DNA of 63,390 nt, counting the filler, from Reclinomonas americana ATCC 50394 (lineage: Eukaryota): NCBI GenBank assembly GCA_048213135.1. It is 18 parts of 18 records of this genome, joined end to end, with 100 filler letters (N's around TTAATTAATTAA, not from the genome) between each part and the next. Parts side by side here need not be neighbours in the genome. Positions count along the whole stretch, not along the records: positions 54,523 to 60,015 come from AFZH01021507.1; positions 60,116 to 61,300 come from AFZH01021509.1; positions 61,401 to 63,390 come from AFZH01021515.1; 15 more parts are not named here. One strand, 5' to 3'. A model generated the notes under the pieces. It worked only from the letters and a program-made list of their open reading frames with translations. It made no database searches and was not told where the DNA came from. Of this stretch, positions 59,586-63,390 are shown piece after piece; positions within the stretch are counted from its first letter, which is position 1, and each line of letters starts with the position of its first letter. A program made the translations under genes and the position numbers.

Positions 59586-60015
59586 TGAGCTTGCTTGATG
59601 CGCATGTCAGCATTCTGGACGTGTGTGGGGCGAGGTGATGCAGAGCACGTGCGTGCGGCTGTGCTGAATCAGCCGGGATTGCTCAAAGCCGTGGACGAAA
59701 AGTTGCGTGTGTGGCGCGGCAAGCGTGATTCGATCGACTGTGTGTGCGAGTCTCTCTCTTACCTGGATGGCTGTCTGCACCCAGTGAGGAGAACGTTCTG
59801 TTCCCGTGCATTCGCTCAGGCCACGATGACATTGCGCGAGTTGCGTGCATTGCATGTGTGTCGGGGCTCCACGAGTTGTCTCTATATTCATCACGCTCGT
59901 GTGCAGTTTCTGGCCGACACACAACGCGGCGCCAGTGTGCACCAGCGCAACTCGGATGGCGAAACAGTGTTGCACGGTGTGCCTCTCATGTGGTCTCTGT
60001 TCTCCACGTCGTGCG
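59586..60015 (+). CDS. Ankyrin-repeat protein fragment with an apparent 1-nt frameshift near 59630
   Basis: Exons encode GDAEHVR..LLKAVDE / ENVLFPCIRSGHDDIAR / GASVHQRNSDGETVLH. The frame of ATG 59586 differs from the downstream frame at a GGGG run. Confidence 0.65.
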
Positions 60016-60115
60016 NNNNNNNNNNNNNNNNNNNNNNNNNNNNNNNNNNNNNNNNNNNNTTAATTAATTAANNNNNNNNNNNNNNNNNNNNNNNNNNNNN
60101 NNNNNNNNNNNNNNN

Positions 60116-60323
60116 TGTCGCATTTCACATGCATCGTGTTGCCACCATTCTCGGACTCGATGCAGTCGATGGCGGCTCGTCACACATTGCGAGTGTTCGA
60201 CGATGGCTCCTGCGAGGAGAGGACTCGCGTTCTCACCTCTGGTACGACCAACTCTTTGCTTCTCGGCGCGTTTGGTCGATTCGCAAATCGTCTGCGACAA
60301 GCGGTACGTTTTGTGCGTGCGTG

Positions 60324-60366
<43 letters not shown>

Positions 60367-61239
60367 GAATAGAGAGAGGGGAGAGAGAGAGAAGTTGTTG
60401 TGTTTGTGTTTGTGATTGTGATTGTGTTTGTATGATCACTCATTCTCTGCCACACTCTCGCACCTCAAACAGATTGACAAGATCAACGCGAAGCGCGCCC
60501 TGTTGGGCATCGCCCCCATCGTCATTGTGGAGTGCTCTGAGGCGCACACAACTCGCCTGTGCAGCTGTGGCGAGCCATTTTTCCCGGCCCCTGGCGGTGC
60601 CAAGAAGATGAAGTGCTTGAACACGGCCTGCCCGCTCTTCGATGTCGAAGTGGCCCGCGATGACTCCTCCACGAAGAACATCGCTTGTGTCGCCATTGAG
60701 CGTACATCGGAATCATCACCGCCCGCAGCAGCTGGGAGCGCCGCCATGGAGATTGATTCCTCGCTCCCTCGTCGTCCACTCCCCGTCTCCTTGCCTCTGC
60801 CGAGCGACGCCGATCGACCATTCCCCGACTTCGATTTCTTCTCGCCTCTGGCCATGGATCTGGAGCTGTCTCTGCTGGCCATGGGCGACGCCGATCGACA
60901 ACTGTCACCTGGGTGAGTTATTATCTGTCGAGCGATCTTGCGATGCTGAATAATTCGTTGCGTCTCACTCTTCGTGTGCGCAGTCAGCGGGATGATGCAG
61001 CAGCGAATCAGATGCTGGACGGCCCCATGAGTTCTCCCCCTCCACCGCCACCGCCACCAGCAGCACCAGCGCTAGCTGCAGCATCGGCACGTGCTCCGCC
61101 CCGAAATCGTCGCCAGGGTGGAACTAGCGCTGCAGCATCGGCACGTGCTAGCACTCCGCCCCGACAGGGTGGAAAGCACCCCCGATCTGCTCCGGTCGAA
61201 GGAGCACCGCCGCAAAAGCGGCCGCGGAAGAACAAGTGA
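60116..61239 (+). CDS. Fanzor2/TnpB-like RNA-guided endonuclease, C-terminal part with 2 introns; 5' end in gap
   Basis: Exons 60116-60303, 60473-60912 and 60984-61239 splice in phase to SHFTCIVLPPFSDSMQSMAAR...LTSGTTNSLLLGAFGRFANRLRQAIDKINAKRALLGIAPIVIVECSEAHTTRLCSCGE...KMKCLNTAC...VARDDSSTKNIAC. This matches the Fanzor2 pattern I.lP.F...M / F..rL / E.yTSk.C..CG / C..C / RD.N...NI. Confidence 0.8.
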
Positions 61240-61533
61240 CACACGAGGTGGATGTTGTTGCGGGTGTGATGGATGGCGACGTGATGCAGGCCTGCGCATG
61301 NNNNNNNNNNNNNNNNNNNNNNNNNNNNNNNNNNNNNNNNNNNNTTAATTAATTAANNNNNNNNNNNNNNNNNNNNNNNNNNNNNNNNNNNNNNNNNNNN
61401 TCTTCTTCTTCTTCTTCTTCTTCTTCTTCTTTTTCTTCTTCTTCGCCCTGTGCTGTTCTTCATGTCTCACTTGTCCTCATATCCCTTCCCTTCTTACCAC
61501 GGGCTGCTGATATCCTTCTTCTGCCGCCAACAG

Positions 61534-62709
61534 CGCGAGTACGCGGTAACAGAGCTGCGCAAGACTCGAGAGCAGTACCCGGATCTGGCACCGACGCTGT
61601 GGCACTCGTTCGGCGTCATGTCGGTGCTGCTGCAGGAGATTGTGTCGGTGTATGGCGCGCTGTCACCACCACTGTTGACGCCACACGTGTCGACGCGCGT
61701 GTGCAACGCGCTGGCGCTGCTGCAGTGTGTGGCCTCGCATCAGGAGACGCGTGGCCCGTTCCTGCAGGCCTACATTCCGCTGTACTTGTATCCGTTCCTC
61801 AACACGCCATTCCTCGACAACGCCGCCAAGGCGCGGCCATTCGAGTATCTGCGACTCACCAGCCTGGGTGTGATTGGTGCACTTGTGAAGGTGAAGGAAA
61901 GAGCACCACCACTGCTGGGGGAGTTTACACTGTCACTCATCCTCTTCCACCAGGCCGACGACCAAGACGTGATCAAGTTCCTGTTGTCCACCGAAATCAT
62001 TCCGCTGTGCCTGCGCATCATGGAGAATGGCGGCGACTTGTCAAAAACAGTGGCCACTTTTATTTTGCAAAAGGTGTGTGTTTCTCTCTTGCCGGAGAAG
62101 GGTCTCTTCTCGCCAACGTACTCTTTGACCACACAGGTGCTGATGGTGCCCGCTGGCCTCACGTACATTTGTGCCACACCCGAACGCTTCTACGCCGTCA
62201 ATTCGGTGCTGTCGGAGATGATCAACGAGGCGCCACAGCCGCGTCTGCTCAAGCACATTGTAAGGTGTTACTTCCGGTTGTCGGAGCACGACCGCGCCCG
62301 TGAGGCGTTGCGCCAGGTGTGTGCGAGTGTGTGCACACAGGTGCATGCTGTTTTTGGTATGTGGTCTCACTGCTTGTGTTGCAGGTGTTGCCCGACTCGC
62401 TGCGGTATCGCACTCTGCCTGGTCTGCAAGAGGACGCGTACATGGCACGCTGGCTCGATCAGCTGCTCGCCAATCTCGAACTGCAGCCACTGCAAGTGCC
62501 GCCTGGCGCACCGGTGCGTGCTGCTGCACTTCTCTCTTCCCTTCCTCCTCGCTCGCTCACATCAACCGTTCCCCATTCAGGGCGGTAATCCTTCACAACC
62601 AGGCGCCGCTGGTGGTGCTGGCGGAGCCGGCATGATGATGCGCATGCCAATGCACCAGATGCCACAGCAGCCACCACCACCACAGGGCGGCGGCTACATG
62701 ATGATGTAG
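61534..62709 (+). CDS. CNOT9: CCR4-NOT subunit 9 (Rcd1/Caf40), first exon in gap
   Basis: [92 protein letters not shown]. Confidence 0.97.
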   Translation, partial: REYAVTELRKTREQYPDLAPTLWHSFGVMSVLLQEIVSVYGALSPPLLTPHVSTRVCNALALLQCVASHQETRGPFLQAYIPLYLYPFLNTPFLDNAAKARPFEYLRLTSLGVIGALVKVKERAPPLLGEFTLSLILFHQADDQDVIKFLLSTEIIPLCLRIMENGGDLSKTVATFILQKVCVSLLPEKGLFSPTYSLTTQVLMVPAGLTYICATPERFYAVNSVLSEMINEAPQPRLLKHIVRCYFRLSEHDRAREALRQVCASVCTQVHAVFGMWSHCLCCRCCPTRCGIALCLVCKRTRTWHAGSISCSPISNCSHCKCRLAHRCVLLHFSLPFLLARSHQPFPIQGGNPSQPGAAGGAGGAGMMMRMPMHQMPQQPPPPQGGGYMMM

Positions 62710-62816
62710 CTCATCATGTAGCCCTCACCCCCCACTCAACCACCATACATCACAAATTTCTGTACCAACCTCCCCCTCTCTCTGCAACGAATGAAACGCG
62801 CTGTTGCATTGCAGTC

Positions 62817-63390
62817 TCAGTACATGTTGAATCGCCCCTCAAAGTATCTCGCCACACGCAGCAGCGGATTCCGCCTGCCCAACGCCAAGCAGATCTACAC
62901 GAGAAAGCACGTCAGTCATCATCGCATCCAGCACACACATGCACCTATCACCACGCAACTCCAGTGAAGACCAGCATGAGGATGAACGCAAGGAAGCCGC
63001 CACGCAGTCCACGCACGTAGCCCACAAAGAAGATGAACGCCCACGCAATGATAAAGTACGCCTGCGAGGAGAGAGTGAGCGACTCACACTCTCTGTGTGT
63101 GTGCATGAGAGAGAGAGAGAGAGACGCAACAATGAAAAACGGACTGCTCAAGTCGCGCTCGTGCAGTGAGTTCTGCCAAGAAGTGCTGCGAATCACGTCG
63201 CGTGCGTCGTTGCGGAAGACCACCTCGGATTCCAGTGGATTGTCGCTGACCACATGCAGACTCTCTGCAGGCACAAACTGTTTCGCAGAGAGAGAGAGAG
63301 AGAGTGAGTGAGGGAGAGAGAGAGAGAGGACAGTGCACACCGACACGTACCTTCTTGCGATCGGCACGGTTGCGTGCGTTTGACATGTGT
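62817..63390 (-). CDS. 3' exons of an unknown membrane protein
   Basis: Spliced exons read AYFIIAWAFIFFVGYVRGLRGGFLAFILMLVFTG|ICLALGRRNPLLRVARYFEGRFNMY*, two TM helices. Confidence 0.55.

Noticed and set aside
60129..60215. ILGLDAVDGG as the RuvC-I motif of the Fanzor
   Set aside because: It is in a different frame from the spliced Fanzor reading frame and too close to the zinc finger. The true RuvC-I should lie in the gap.

Overview
Intron-rich eukaryotic genomic DNA from a probably flagellated protist (it carries IFT88). It is a draft scaffold of about 20 contigs joined by artificial N-TTAATTAATTAA-N spacers, and contig ends often carry GA/GT microsatellites and noisy TACG-like tails. Recognisable spliced genes are a 7TM receptor-like gene, a GH38 alpha-mannosidase, a CAP-Gly protein, a CRT-like transporter, sphingosine-1-phosphate lyase, alkylglycerol monooxygenase, SET1, an SLC35C2-like transporter, HSP20, TMEM69, a CX5R phosphatase, IFT88, an ankyrin fragment and CNOT9. 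Highlights: (1) an intron-containing Fanzor2/TnpB-like RNA-guided nuclease gene fragment at 60116-61239 with a C-terminal NLS-like tail; (2) a major class of atypical 5' splice sites, non-G|GTTGCG, that looks like the canonical donor shifted by one nucleotide; (3) a four-copy tandem family of small membrane proteins with A20-like zinc fingers; (4) a dispersed intergenic repeat family. All calls come from manual reading and splicing of the sequence; no searches were run.
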